Positions 26,506 through 36,209 of a stretch of DNA of 64,000 nt are shown piece by piece; positions within the stretch are counted from its first letter, which is position 1, and each line of letters opens with the position of its first letter. The notes beneath the pieces were generated by a model. That model worked only from the letters and a program-made list of their open reading frames with translations. It was not told where the DNA came from and did no database searches. The stretch lies in NCBI GenBank assembly GCA_938004065.1, contig CALKWM010000009.1, forward strand, positions 3,330 to 67,329, read 5' to 3'. This DNA comes from an uncultured bacterium (lineage in GTDB: Bacteria > Patescibacteriota > JAHJAL01). Made by a program: the position numbers and the translations under genes.

Positions 26506-26878
26506 GAAATATCACTCCTCTCTTTTTTAATATACATAATTATTTTTATAATATTTTTTTATAAAGTCAAGGTTTTTTTAGCCAACAAAGATATTCTTAC
26601 AATGTTATATAACATTAAATATGTATTTGGGACTTAAAAAGCAACAAAACGTTACCTTACTTTCATCGGCTTGACAAATTATGATGAAAAAAAACGATGA
26701 AAGAAAGTATGCGGACAAAATCTCATCCGTGTTTTGATCTGAATTTTTACTGGTCAAAGTATATATTCAATCAAGATAATTCAATCTGACACCCAATTTG
26801 GTCAGGTCATATTTTGCAGGCTAAGATTTGAGGCGTGAGTCTTTGGTTTTATCATCTACATTTTTGAATTTATATTTT

Positions 26879-27007
26879 AGAAAATTTCGAATACCATTGA
26901 ACAAGTTGTTATATTGAAGATACAAATATGGCGGTTACTTTGTCACTATTCGTATAGTAAATCACACTAATTGCTTTGTGGTCGTGGTTGATTTAAGAAG
27001 ACGATAA
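26879..27007 (+). pseudogene. Remnant of a REP-associated tyrosine transposase (RAYT) N-terminus
   Basis: Reads RKFRIPLNKLLY*RYKYGGYFVTIRIVNHTNCF, resembling RAYT N-termini (K.YRI.S.RL..WDY...G.YF(V/I)TIC..NR...FG); no start codon and no HUH region. Confidence 0.5.
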
Positions 27008-27128
27008 CGATTTATTGCGTCATTTATTATACGCAAATAAAGTTGCCAATTCTTTAATCTATTTTTAATCTTAGTATATTATATTATACATAGATATTGA
27101 TAATCATTATTATTTATAAGGAGTAAAG

Positions 27129-27332
27129 ATGAAAATGGGAATTTTGGGTTGGGTGGCATTTGTTTTGGTGATTGTGGGAGCGCTCAATTGGGGCTTGGTA
27201 GGCATTGCCAGCTTTGATTTGGTGGCAGCGATATTTGGTGATATGTCTTTGATCGCCAGAGTAGTTTACAGTCTGGTAGGTTTGTCGGCAATTTATATGG
27301 TAATCGTTGCACTGACGAAGTCCGGCGAGTAA
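27129..27332 (+). CDS. DUF378 family membrane protein
   Basis: 'LVIVGALNWGLVG...FDLVAAIFG......RVVYSLVGLSA'. Confidence 0.92.
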   Translation: MKMGILGWVAFVLVIVGALNWGLVGIASFDLVAAIFGDMSLIARVVYSLVGLSAIYMVIVALTKSGE

Positions 27333-27356
27333 AAAATTTGTTTTTCCTGGAAAAAG

Positions 27357-27387
27357 AAAATGAGGCAGATCCCTGCTTCATTTTTTT
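27357..27387. terminator. Probable terminator
   Basis: AAAATGAGGCAG-ATCC-CTGCTTCATTTTTTT. Confidence 0.65.
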
Positions 27388-27409
27388 AATATTTTGATTA
27401 CGTATTTAT

Positions 27410-27496
27410 GAGTAGTGCTAATATATGTGGCCCCTAGCGTCCGGATTACCGGGCTTATGCTCGAGGATGACAGATAAGAAAAATAACTGGCACCTC
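27410..27496. mobile_element. MITE-like element copy 2
   Basis: GAGTAGTGCTAAT ... TCGAGGATGACAGATAAG ... AACTGGCACCTC, flanked by AT on both sides. Confidence 0.5.
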
Positions 27497-27504
27497 ATTT
27501 TTCA

Positions 27505-27846
27505 TTATTCTTTTTCTTTGTCGGAAAGTATATCGATTTGATTGTGCAGATTGTCAATCTCGATCTTTTTGGTAGTATCTTTCACCTTTTTATCATTTTC
27601 ATATAATATGTTGTTGATGTCTTTGATGCGGGTGATAATATCTTTTAAATTTTCCTCGCTCAGCTGGTCTTCATTTTTTAGAAAAACTTTTTGAGCTTCT
27701 TCGAAGTTTTTTTCAAAACTTTCTTGCTTGTCAATATAGACTTCAATGTTCTTTACCAATTCTTCTTCAGTAGCGGAATTTATCTCCACCAAAAGCGCGT
27801 TGGCGTTGGCCAGCAGGTCGATAATTGTTTGTGAAATTGAAGGCAT
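27505..27846 (-). CDS. Hypothetical coiled-coil protein
   Basis: Helical, Glu/Lys-rich ORF; ATG 27846 preferred. Confidence 0.6.
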   Translation of the reverse strand: MPSISQTIIDLLANANALLVEINSATEEELVKNIEVYIDKQESFEKNFEEAQKVFLKNEDQLSEENLKDIITRIKDINNILYENDKKVKDTTKKIEIDNLHNQIDILSDKEKE

Positions 27847-27897
27847 TTTGGTATTTGATAATGAATAATTATTAAAATTGTTAAATGATTGATTCAA

Positions 27898-28209
27898 TTA
27901 CAATTTCGATGGAGTAAAATTATTTTTTTCTTGATTGGCTCTAACTAATTGCAAAAATTTTTCCATATAATCATCAAATTTATCTGACGTTTCAGCAAAT
28001 TCTTTTTTTACAACACTGGGCTTTAATATTTCTTCCTTTTCTGGTATTCTGCCCATAGCATTTTGATTTTCTACAATTTTTGCAAGTTGCTTTGACGCTT
28101 CAGGATTTAGTTCATCAGTTTTCCAATCCGGATATTGTTCATTTGATTTTTTTGGACTTCCTGGTCCTTCATAAAATTGACCAATTCTTTTTGTTGTATC
28201 AATGCTCAT
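27898..28209 (-). CDS. Hypothetical protein
   Basis: 103 aa charged ORF, co-oriented with the gene at 27505. Confidence 0.6.
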   Translation of the reverse strand: MSIDTTKRIGQFYEGPGSPKKSNEQYPDWKTDELNPEASKQLAKIVENQNAMGRIPEKEEILKPSVVKKEFAETSDKFDDYMEKFLQLVRANQEKNNFTPSKL

Positions 28210-28326
28210 GATTTTTTATTTATTTTTGTTTGTGATTTGAAATTTATCACTGTATTATAGCAAATTTATTGCTATTTTGTCAAGGTTTTGCTAGAATATT
28301 CATAACTAAAAATGTATAATGCAAAT

Positions 28327-28824
28327 ATGCAAATAATCACCAATCCCAATCCGATTCTGAGGAAAAAAGCTCTGGAAATAGAGGTTTTTGATGATGAATT
28401 AGGTAGTTTTGCCCAGGAATTTACTGAAACGATGTTGAAATATGACGGAGTGGGATTGGCGGGACCGCAAATTGGCGATTCGAGACGAATCATTGCTATC
28501 AATATCGAGAAAAAAGATTTGGAAGGGCAGGATTTGGTGATGCCGATGGTGTTAGTTAACCCGGAGATTATCGAGATGAGTTTTGAAAAAGTGGAAGCCA
28601 ATGAAGCGTGCTTGTCGGTGTCGGGCAAGATTGCTCCGGTACTGCGATCCAAACAAGTGGTGGTAAATGCTCAGGACGTACAGGGCAATCCAATTCATCT
28701 GGACGTAAATGGTTGGATGGCACGAGTTTTGCAACATGAAATTGATCACTTGAACGGGATTTTGTTTATTGATCGGGTAACGGACAAAGAGCTAATCAAG
28801 GATTATGAAGTGGAGAAAAAATAG
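28327..28824 (+). CDS. def: Peptide deformylase
   Basis: GVGLAGPQIG, EACLSV, QHEIDHLNGILF. Confidence 0.97.
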   Translation: MQIITNPNPILRKKALEIEVFDDELGSFAQEFTETMLKYDGVGLAGPQIGDSRRIIAINIEKKDLEGQDLVMPMVLVNPEIIEMSFEKVEANEACLSVSGKIAPVLRSKQVVVNAQDVQGNPIHLDVNGWMARVLQHEIDHLNGILFIDRVTDKELIKDYEVEKK

Positions 28825-28951
28825 TATTTAAACTTATAAAACGTATCAAACTAGGGCAAACATATCAAACATTATATAATCTTTAATTAGAAAATCTATT
28901 GTGTTTGACAAATTTTGATATTAGATAAGTTTGATAAGTTTAATTAAAACA

Positions 28952-29890
28952 ATGCTAAATAAATCAAAAATTAGAGTAATCTTCATGGGCACTCCGGAGT
29001 TTGCGGTTGAATCACTCATGGCTTTGAAAGATGATGACTACCGGATCGTCGGTGTTTTTACCGCGCCCGATCGGCCGGCCGGCCGTGGGCGCGAAACCAA
29101 GATATCGGCAGTGAAACGTCTTTCATTGGCTTTCAATATGCCTACGAACCAGCCGGAAAAAATCAGAGATAAAAAATGGGTGCACACTATCAAAAAGTTA
29201 AAGCCCGACTTAATCGTTGTCGCCGCTTATGGACAGATTGTCCCGCAGTCAATTCTCGACATCCCAAAGTATGGCTGTATCAATGTTCATGCTTCAATTT
29301 TGCCAAAATACCGTGGGGCTTCCCCTATTCATTTCGCATTATTGCATGGGGAAAAAGAAACCGGAGTAACGATCATGAAAATGGACGCCGGAATGGATAC
29401 GGGAGAGATAATATCCAGTTGTCAGGTATCAATTTTAAAACAGGACAATCTACAATCTTTGCATGACAAATTGGCGGTGGCGGGAGCGGAATTACTCCTG
29501 GAAACTTTGCCCAAATATATTGAAAAAGAAATCATGCCCGCAATCCAAGATGAGGATAAGGCAACATATACTAAAATTCTGAAAAAATCCGATGGACAGA
29601 TCGACTGGAAACGGAGTGCCGAGGAAATTCATGATCAAGTGCGAGCTTTTTGTCCCTGGCCGGGAACTTTTACCCAATGGGGTGAAAAGTGCATCAAGAT
29701 CGTGGAAACAAAAATTTCCGACAAGAAGCTTGAAGCCGGTAAATTTGAGATAATTGACAACAATCTGTATGTCGGGACCGAAACGAGTGCGCTGGAGATT
29801 GTCAGGTTACAGTTGGAGGGTCGTAAATGTTTATTGGCACAAGATTTTATCCAGGGTTGCAGTATGATTGACGGGTATTATTGTAAGTAA
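28952..29890 (+). CDS. fmt: Methionyl-tRNA formyltransferase
   Basis: FMGTPEFA, PDRPAGRG, NVHASILPKYRGASPI, MDAGMDTG. Confidence 0.97.
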   Translation: MLNKSKIRVIFMGTPEFAVESLMALKDDDYRIVGVFTAPDRPAGRGRETKISAVKRLSLAFNMPTNQPEKIRDKKWVHTIKKLKPDLIVVAAYGQIVPQSILDIPKYGCINVHASILPKYRGASPIHFALLHGEKETGVTIMKMDAGMDTGEIISSCQVSILKQDNLQSLHDKLAVAGAELLLETLPKYIEKEIMPAIQDEDKATYTKILKKSDGQIDWKRSAEEIHDQVRAFCPWPGTFTQWGEKCIKIVETKISDKKLEAGKFEIIDNNLYVGTETSALEIVRLQLEGRKCLLAQDFIQGCSMIDGYYCK

Positions 29891-29985
29891 TACCAAATTA
29901 GAAATTTGATTGATTTGACTTATCAGATGGCATATAATAAGATTTGTTTGAAGTTATAAATATTTGAAAGGATATAATTGCAATT

Positions 29986-30576
29986 ATGTTAACGATTAGA
30001 TTAGCTCGGTTTGGCAAGAAAAAACAACCATATTACCGTTTAGTAATAAACGAAAAAATTCACCCACCAAAAGGTAACGTGGTGGAGTATTTGGGCAGTT
30101 ACAATCCCAAGTCTAAGGAATTGTTACTGGAAAGGGAGAGGATTGAATACTGGTTAAAGCAAGGTGCAACGTATTCGCGTACCGTGGCCATGATATTTGT
30201 CAAAGAGGGATTGCTAAAAAAAGAAGATCTGCCGGCATTGTTTGTGGTGGAAAAGAAACGCAAGAAGAAAAAAGAACAACCCGAAGAAGCGCCAAAAGCA
30301 GTACCAGCAGACAATCAGCCAGTGGCGGAACCGGTGGAAGTTGCTACCGAATCTGTTCCGGTAGCTGAAACTCCTGTTGTTGAGACTAAGATAGAAGAAA
30401 AACCAAATGAAGAATCAGCAAAGGAAGAACCGGCTGTCAATAAAAGTACCGAAGATGCAAAAGCATCAGAAACTGATTCGTCAGAGTCCAAAACCGATGG
30501 AAAATCAACAGATGAGTCGATGAAAGAACCAAATACTAAGAATGCGGCGGAAAAAGATGAGCAGGAGAAGAAATAA
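29986..30576 (+). CDS. rpsP: 30S ribosomal protein S16 with long acidic C-terminal extension
   Basis: MLTIRLARFGKKKQPYYRLV...LGSYNP...YWLKQGA. Confidence 0.95.
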   Translation: MLTIRLARFGKKKQPYYRLVINEKIHPPKGNVVEYLGSYNPKSKELLLERERIEYWLKQGATYSRTVAMIFVKEGLLKKEDLPALFVVEKKRKKKKEQPEEAPKAVPADNQPVAEPVEVATESVPVAETPVVETKIEEKPNEESAKEEPAVNKSTEDAKASETDSSESKTDGKSTDESMKEPNTKNAAEKDEQEKK

Positions 30577-30760
30577 TAGCTATAGAACTATTGTTTCATT
30601 TTAAAACCATTGCTATTTTTAGATTTTTATGTTAGAGTTAAGTTGTTAGTAATTGGCAAGTTATTTCTAAGGTCGAATTTAGATGTAAATTGTTTTAAAA
30701 AAATTACTACAACATTAATTTATTTTTAGTTTATCAGTAAAAAATTTACTAAGGAGAATC

Positions 30761-31057
30761 ATGACTGAAGATCAGAGAGAAGATCAGCAATTTATCGAAT
30801 TTATCGTCAGAGCGATTGTTGACATGCCGGACAAAGTTCGTACAGAACGAACTATTGACGAGAGAGGTGTGTTGATCACTCTTTATGTTGACCCATCAGA
30901 TATGGGCAAGGTAATCGGTAAAGAAGGACGTACAGCAAAGGCCATTAGAGCATTGCTAAAGGTTTTGGGAGCGAAAAATCAAGCTCGCGTAACAATGAAG
31001 ATTGTCGAACCGGAAGGTGGTCGCGCTGTTGATTTGGGTACTGACGAAGACCTATAG
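30761..31057 (+). CDS. khpA: KH-domain RNA-binding protein KhpA
   Basis: DMGKVIGKEGRTAKAIR; located after rpsP as usual. Confidence 0.92.
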   Translation: MTEDQREDQQFIEFIVRAIVDMPDKVRTERTIDERGVLITLYVDPSDMGKVIGKEGRTAKAIRALLKVLGAKNQARVTMKIVEPEGGRAVDLGTDEDL

Positions 31058-31077
31058 TATTTTTAACTTTCAATTTG

Positions 31078-31116
31078 ATAGCACCCTCAAAGATGTTTCT
31101 TTGGGGGTGCTATTTT
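31078..31116 (+). terminator. Rho-independent terminator
   Basis: ATAGCACCCTCAAAGA / TCTTTGGGGGTGCTAT followed by a T-run. Confidence 0.75.
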
Positions 31117-31174
31117 ATATTTTGTCAAAATTTTTTGTGTGTATAATAGATATATATTAAATAAATAAGTCCAA

Positions 31175-32149
31175 ATGGATTTTGCATATGAATGGTTAAA
31201 ATTAGCACTGGCCGGCATGATGGTGATGGTTGAGTTATTGGGGGTAAATGACTCTAGTGGTTTGGTTTTAAATTACGCTAAAACGGTTGGGATACCGGAT
31301 TATCATCATGTGCAAGAGGTGAAAAACACCGAGGTTGCGGAGTTCAATCCGCCAATAAAAAGTATCGCATTGCCCACTACTATCCCCTATCTCGACGATA
31401 ATTTCAGTTATCCGGTAGTTGATGCCAGATCAGCCGTAGTGGTTGACATGAATTCGGGAGCGGTGTTGTATGAAAAAAATATCGATGAACGTCGAGCGAT
31501 GGCCTCAACGACCAAATTGATGACAGCCATAGTTGTTTTAGACAATTTAAAGACCGAGCAAATCGTTACCGTTGATTATGAAGATACTCTAATTGAACCA
31601 ATGAAAATGTATTTAACGGCGGGTGAAAGAATTTCCGTTGATAGTTTGATGAAAGCCCTTTTGATACCTTCATACAATGATGCGGCTCTAGTATTGGCGA
31701 GGGCAGCCGGTGAAGGGGAGATTGATAAGTTTGTTGAAATGATGAACCAGAAAGCTTTGGTGATGGGGCTTAAAAATACACATTTTGCCAACTCACATGG
31801 TTTGGACGCACCCGAACACTATTCATCAGCGCGAGATATGGCTTTGATTGCCAGATATGCATTAAATTTCGATTACATTGCCGATATCGTGGCAACTGAC
31901 AAAACAATGGTGTATTCGGAAAGTGGTAACGCTTACAATTTATCCACGACAAATGAATTATTTGATTCCTATTTGGACGTCAGAGGTGTCAAAACCGGCT
32001 TTACCGATGAGGCGGGACAGGTTTTGATCACCAGAGCATACAATGATGAAGGTCAAGATATTTTGTGCGTAGTCATGAATAGTCCTGACCGGTTTCAGGA
32101 ATCAAAAAGCTTGATTGATTGGACGTTTCGAGTGTATTATTGGGACTAA
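31175..32149 (+). CDS. D-alanyl-D-alanine carboxypeptidase (peptidase S11)
   Basis: SxxK (STTK), SxN (SYN) and KTG motifs. Confidence 0.93.
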   Translation: MDFAYEWLKLALAGMMVMVELLGVNDSSGLVLNYAKTVGIPDYHHVQEVKNTEVAEFNPPIKSIALPTTIPYLDDNFSYPVVDARSAVVVDMNSGAVLYEKNIDERRAMASTTKLMTAIVVLDNLKTEQIVTVDYEDTLIEPMKMYLTAGERISVDSLMKALLIPSYNDAALVLARAAGEGEIDKFVEMMNQKALVMGLKNTHFANSHGLDAPEHYSSARDMALIARYALNFDYIADIVATDKTMVYSESGNAYNLSTTNELFDSYLDVRGVKTGFTDEAGQVLITRAYNDEGQDILCVVMNSPDRFQESKSLIDWTFRVYYWD

Positions 32150-32259
32150 GGAATTAAACATAGCAATTTATGCAAACTTTTCAAATTTAAAACTATACTA
32201 ATGATGAAGAGAGAAAAATTCAAGACAGAAAAATATTTATTTAAAAATTATTATTTGAT

Positions 32260-32964
32260 ATGAAAAAAATTATATTTGTGATTATGTTGGCAGCAATACT
32301 TTTTCCGACTATTACCTCCGCTGATTCGATGATGATTGAAATGGTCAATTTAACTTTGATAGATCAAGACACACAAAGTGAAATCAGAACAGATAATGGT
32401 TTATACGGCGTCAAAGGCGATTTGACTATTCGATGCTATGGTTACAAATGGAAGGAGTTGGGTTATGGTCAAGGTTTTGATGACAAACCACCAGTAAACT
32501 ATACCCCTGAGGAAGTCTATACAATTAAAGATTATTACAAAAATAGTTATGGTTTGATTGATCTATCTAGCTATATCAAATTTATTACAATTGATTATTG
32601 TAATTTGGAACTGGCATCAGACGAAGGAGCTAAATATTTAGGAGAAAAATACAATCTAAATTTTGCACCAGAAAAGGGTTTAATAGTTGAGAGGAATAAT
32701 TGTCATTTTTCTGAAGATATCATACAGGGTGAGATCTGCAAAATGGAAGTAGCAGTAAAAAAAGTGAATAAATTTGATTGGGAAAGTGATGTGGAGGAGG
32801 ACGATTGTCCCAAGACAATTTGCCCAGTCGATGACGTAAAACCAATAGAAACTGAAAGCAAGCCGGAAGATACAGTCAAAAGTCAGAATACTACTCCAAA
32901 ACAGCAGGGCTTTTGGGGACTGGTGCGATGTTGGATAGTCAGTTGGTTGGGAGGTAAATGTTAA
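32260..32964 (+). CDS. Hypothetical secreted protein
   Basis: Signal peptide (..TSA/D), several Cys, amphipathic C-terminal 'GFWGLVRCWIVSWLGGKC'. Confidence 0.7.
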   Translation: MKKIIFVIMLAAILFPTITSADSMMIEMVNLTLIDQDTQSEIRTDNGLYGVKGDLTIRCYGYKWKELGYGQGFDDKPPVNYTPEEVYTIKDYYKNSYGLIDLSSYIKFITIDYCNLELASDEGAKYLGEKYNLNFAPEKGLIVERNNCHFSEDIIQGEICKMEVAVKKVNKFDWESDVEEDDCPKTICPVDDVKPIETESKPEDTVKSQNTTPKQQGFWGLVRCWIVSWLGGKC

Positions 32965-32968
32965 AAGC

Positions 32969-33307
32969 ATGAGTTACGATCACAAATTTTTGATTGCTCT
33001 TGGTTTTTCGCTAGTAATAGAATTGATAGTGGTTTTGATACTCAACCGACTATTGAAACTAGATAAAAAGCCGGCAGATATTTTGTTTGCCAGCTTTTTG
33101 GCGACTTTTTCCTCGATCATTTATCTGTGGTATATCCTGCCAAATTATTGGAGTGGATGGGATTATCTCGTGATCGGAGAGGTGGCGGTGTTCATGTATG
33201 AGATGTGGATTTATCGGAATATCTTGCAAATCAAGTGGCGGGAGGCATTTTTGCTTTCAATGATTGCCAATTTGGCTTCATTTGTCTTTGGTTGGTTTGT
33301 TTTGTAA
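32969..33307 (+). CDS. Hypothetical 4-TM membrane protein
   Basis: Hydrophobic 112 aa ORF, 4 nt downstream of the previous gene; 'SLVIE', 'GE..V..E', 'ANLASF'. Confidence 0.7.
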   Translation: MSYDHKFLIALGFSLVIELIVVLILNRLLKLDKKPADILFASFLATFSSIIYLWYILPNYWSGWDYLVIGEVAVFMYEMWIYRNILQIKWREAFLLSMIANLASFVFGWFVL

Positions 33308-33335
33308 ATTTTTGGACAATGATTAATTTATGAAA

Positions 33336-33361
33336 AAAAACCAGGTTAAATCCTGGTTTTT
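33336..33361. terminator. Bidirectional terminator-like hairpin
   Basis: AAAAACCAGG-TTAAAT-CCTGGTTTTT between convergent genes. Confidence 0.6.
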
Positions 33362-33362
33362 A

Positions 33363-33911
33363 CTAGTTATTTTCGACCACTTGGGGTCGAATTATATGAT
33401 TTTTAATAAGAAGTTCTTTTTGACAACAGATATTGTCCCGGCCTTTATAAATTTTAAAGAAATAGCTGTTGTCACTAAAAAGGTCATGCCAGATTTCTCT
33501 GGCTTCTGGACATATTTCATCAAACGGTGGTCTTGATAATGGATAGAATCGCAGATTGGATAACTCGTATGAATCCCTGATTTCTCCACTGCAATCGGAA
33601 AGTCGGTTGCGGAAGATGGCAAAATGGACAAAAAATCGGCCGTCAATCATTGACCCGCGATGAACCAGTTTGGGAAACTTTAGGTCAAGACCGGTTTCTT
33701 CTGCTAATTCCCGAATTACCGCCTGGATATAAGTCTCGTGGTTTTTTAATTTCCCACCGGGTATTTCGATACACCCCCGGTAAGGTTCATGTTGTTTTTT
33801 TCCCATCAAAACTTCCAGTTTTTCATTTATGATGAGAATTTTCGCAACATGAATGTCTTGAAACAATTTTTCAAATTGATTGAAATTCGAATCAATTTGT
33901 GATTTTTTCAA
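33363..33911 (-). CDS. NUDIX hydrolase
   Basis: PGGKLKNHETYIQAVIRELAEETGL Nudix box. Confidence 0.88.
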   Translation of the reverse strand: MKKSQIDSNFNQFEKLFQDIHVAKILIINEKLEVLMGKKQHEPYRGCIEIPGGKLKNHETYIQAVIRELAEETGLDLKFPKLVHRGSMIDGRFFVHFAIFRNRLSDCSGEIRDSYELSNLRFYPLSRPPFDEICPEAREIWHDLFSDNSYFFKIYKGRDNICCQKELLIKNHIIRPQVVENN

Positions 33912-34081
33912 AGTGATTCATTCCTTTCTTTTTAAAGATCTCGTATTGATATTATATACTAAAAACAGGTTTGGCAATATGTTTGTCGACTGATAAATAT
34001 ATTTGTATATTGAAATAGGTTAATTTAAGTTGTATTATGGAAATAAAATAATGCTTGCAAGAAAGGGGTTACAGATTAAAA

Positions 34082-34306
34082 ATGTATGAATTCAAGGGAA
34101 TTATTGAAAAAATATGTTTTTGTTTACAGGAAAATTCCACATTGGTACATTTAAAAAATGGCGAGATATTAATCATCGATGGAACATACGACAAAGAATT
34201 TTTTTACCTAAATATGCCTGTAATCATCACTTTTGATTGCGACAATAATCTGCTGGCAATTACTCCCGATAAGTACACTTATAATCAATCTTTATTTAGA
34301 AAATAA
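34082..34306 (+). CDS. Small hypothetical protein
   Basis: 74 aa beta-rich ORF; start uncertain (34055 or 34082). Confidence 0.5.
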   Translation: MYEFKGIIEKICFCLQENSTLVHLKNGEILIIDGTYDKEFFYLNMPVIITFDCDNNLLAITPDKYTYNQSLFRK

Positions 34307-34380
34307 CTAAATAAAGATTTTTTTTGAGTTTTTATGATAAATGATAACATAAGAGTAAGATAAAAAATAATGAGGAAGAT

Positions 34381-35274
34381 ATGAGTTACGCAATTACTAT
34401 CGATGGGCCGGCCGGCAGTGGCAAATCAACTTTGGCAAAAAATTTACAAAAAAAATTAAATGGTTTCGTTCTGGTTGATACTGGCGCTTATTACCGTTGG
34501 GCTACGTATTTGTGTCTGGAAAATGGCACTGATTTAAAAAGTCGGCAAAAGGTTTATAGTCAGGTTAAAGACAAAATGGAATTGATATTTCTGCCATACC
34601 CCAAAGGCCACCGTTATTACTCAGCAAAAATTTTGCACAATGGTGAAGTGATTAACAAGAAAATACACGGTGCAAAAGTTACGCAGAACGTTCCAATAGT
34701 GGCTCAATATAAAAAAGTTCGTGATTTGGTAAAGAAGAAAATCATATCTTTGTCAAAAACATACAATCTGGTAGTGGCGGGAAGAGATATTGGCACTTCG
34801 GTTTTACCAGATGCGGAAATTAAAATTTTCTTGAATCCCTCCATTGACTCCCGAGCTCGCCGTCGTTATCGAGATCAAGTAAAACAGGGCCGAGCGATTT
34901 CGTATGGAAAAATGAAAGAAGAAATGAATGTACGAGATGAACATGATAGAAATAGAGAGCATGGGCCATTGCAAAAGCCCCTTGATGCATTTGAGATTGA
35001 TAACACCTATCTAACCACTTCCCAATGCCTGGCGGAAACTATCAAACATATTCAAAAAACCAAACCGCAAATTTTGAAATTGGAGAAAGTGGATTGGACC
35101 AAATTTGAGAAAGATTTAAAACCCGCGACTGGTTATTTTGCAACTTCTACACAATATTCCGCGCCCAAAATAGTACCGACGGAATCGATGGCTGAATTGA
35201 AGAAAAGATTGAAAGCAAAGTATAAGTCAGAACAAAATGGAGGAGGTGCTGAGAGTTTTTTTAGAAAACACTAA
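34381..35274 (+). CDS. cmk: Cytidylate kinase, copy 1, with C-terminal extension
   Basis: IDGPAGSGKST, DTGA.YR, GRDIGTSVLPDA..KIFL, RARRR, RD..DR.R. Confidence 0.9.
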   Translation: MSYAITIDGPAGSGKSTLAKNLQKKLNGFVLVDTGAYYRWATYLCLENGTDLKSRQKVYSQVKDKMELIFLPYPKGHRYYSAKILHNGEVINKKIHGAKVTQNVPIVAQYKKVRDLVKKKIISLSKTYNLVVAGRDIGTSVLPDAEIKIFLNPSIDSRARRRYRDQVKQGRAISYGKMKEEMNVRDEHDRNREHGPLQKPLDAFEIDNTYLTTSQCLAETIKHIQKTKPQILKLEKVDWTKFEKDLKPATGYFATSTQYSAPKIVPTESMAELKKRLKAKYKSEQNGGGAESFFRKH

Positions 35275-35376
35275 AAAAAGACGTAGGAATAAGTAAAAAG
35301 GGAAAAGTAATAAGTTATAAGTAGAAGAAGATTGAAGTATCATATTTTTTAATTTTTGTAAGGAAATTATTTATCC

Positions 35377-36060
35377 ATGAAGATAGTAATCACTATTGAT
35401 GGGCCGTCGGGAAGCGGAAAATCGACGCTGGCAAAAAATCTTTCTCGAAATTTGCCAAATTTTACTCTGGTGGATTCGGGATCGTATTTTCGCTGGGTTA
35501 CTTATCTGTGTTTAAAAGATAACGTTGATTTATATAACCGCCGAGAGGTCTATAATCACGTAAAAGAAAAACTGGATTTGGATTTTTCCGATAACAAAAA
35601 AACAGATGAAATGGTAGTTAAATACGATAAAAAAAAGATTAATGACTTTATATTTACGACAAACATTTCTAGGCAGGTATCGGAGCCGGCGCAAAATTAT
35701 CTACTGAGAAAATTGATTAGAAAAAAATTACGAAAATTGGCTGAAAAATGTAACGTGGTACTGGCCGGACGCGATACCGGTAGCTATACTTTTCCCGATG
35801 CCGGTTTAAAAATATTTTTAACCGCAGATATCGAAAAACGGGCCAAACGTCGATTTGATGAGTTAAAGAAAACAGGCAGAGAGGTTGATTTCGAAGAAGT
35901 TTTGTATCAGATGAAAGCACGCGATCGACGCGATCTGGAAGAAAAAGACAGTCCCCTGGTAAAACCAAGAGGAGCGGTGTTGATTGATAATTCCAATCTA
36001 ACCTGTAAACAAACGTTGGAAAAAGTATTGGCGATTTTGAAAAAGAAGAAAATAGCATAA
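35377..36060 (+). CDS. cmk: Cytidylate kinase, copy 2
   Basis: IDGPSGSGKST, GRDTG...FPDA.LKIFLTA...RAKRR, RDRRD....SPL. Confidence 0.9.
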   Translation: MKIVITIDGPSGSGKSTLAKNLSRNLPNFTLVDSGSYFRWVTYLCLKDNVDLYNRREVYNHVKEKLDLDFSDNKKTDEMVVKYDKKKINDFIFTTNISRQVSEPAQNYLLRKLIRKKLRKLAEKCNVVLAGRDTGSYTFPDAGLKIFLTADIEKRAKRRFDELKKTGREVDFEEVLYQMKARDRRDLEEKDSPLVKPRGAVLIDNSNLTCKQTLEKVLAILKKKKIA

Positions 36061-36099
36061 CAATTGAAGGGTAAGGTAAAAAAATAGTATTATGTAGGA

Positions 36100-36205
36100 G
36101 TAAGCCGTAAGCGATAAGCAATATGCAATATGCAAAAATGGTTTTGATATCGCCTAAAATCATTATTTGAATATTGGATATTGATTATTGATTATTGAAT
36201 ATTGA
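36100..36205. repeat. Two blocks of degenerate 7-mer tandem repeats upstream of secA
   Basis: GTAAGCC-GTAAGCG-ATAAGCA-ATATGCA-ATATGCA (36100-36134); ATATTGG-ATATTGA-TTATTGA-TTATTGA-ATATTGA (36171-36205). Confidence 0.8.
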
Positions 36206-36209
36206 TAAA

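Noticed and set aside
26640-26870. Minus-strand reading with coding-like composition (VDDKTKDSRLKS*PAKYDLTKLG...)
   Set aside because: Interrupted by stops and not assignable to any family I recognise; too weak to call a pseudogene.
26915-26917. In-frame TGA as a sign of an alternative genetic code
   Set aside because: TGA ends well-defined genes (queG, ileS, comM) and long conserved genes have no internal TGA, so code 11 holds.
23240-28209. tRNA-anchored genomic island or prophage
   Set aside because: Accessory-looking genes follow the tRNA, but I saw no integrase and no duplicated tRNA 3' end.
29066-29089. GC-rich palindrome CGGCCGGCCGGCCG in fmt as another coding insert
   Set aside because: It encodes the conserved PDRPAGRG motif of Fmt with no extra residues.
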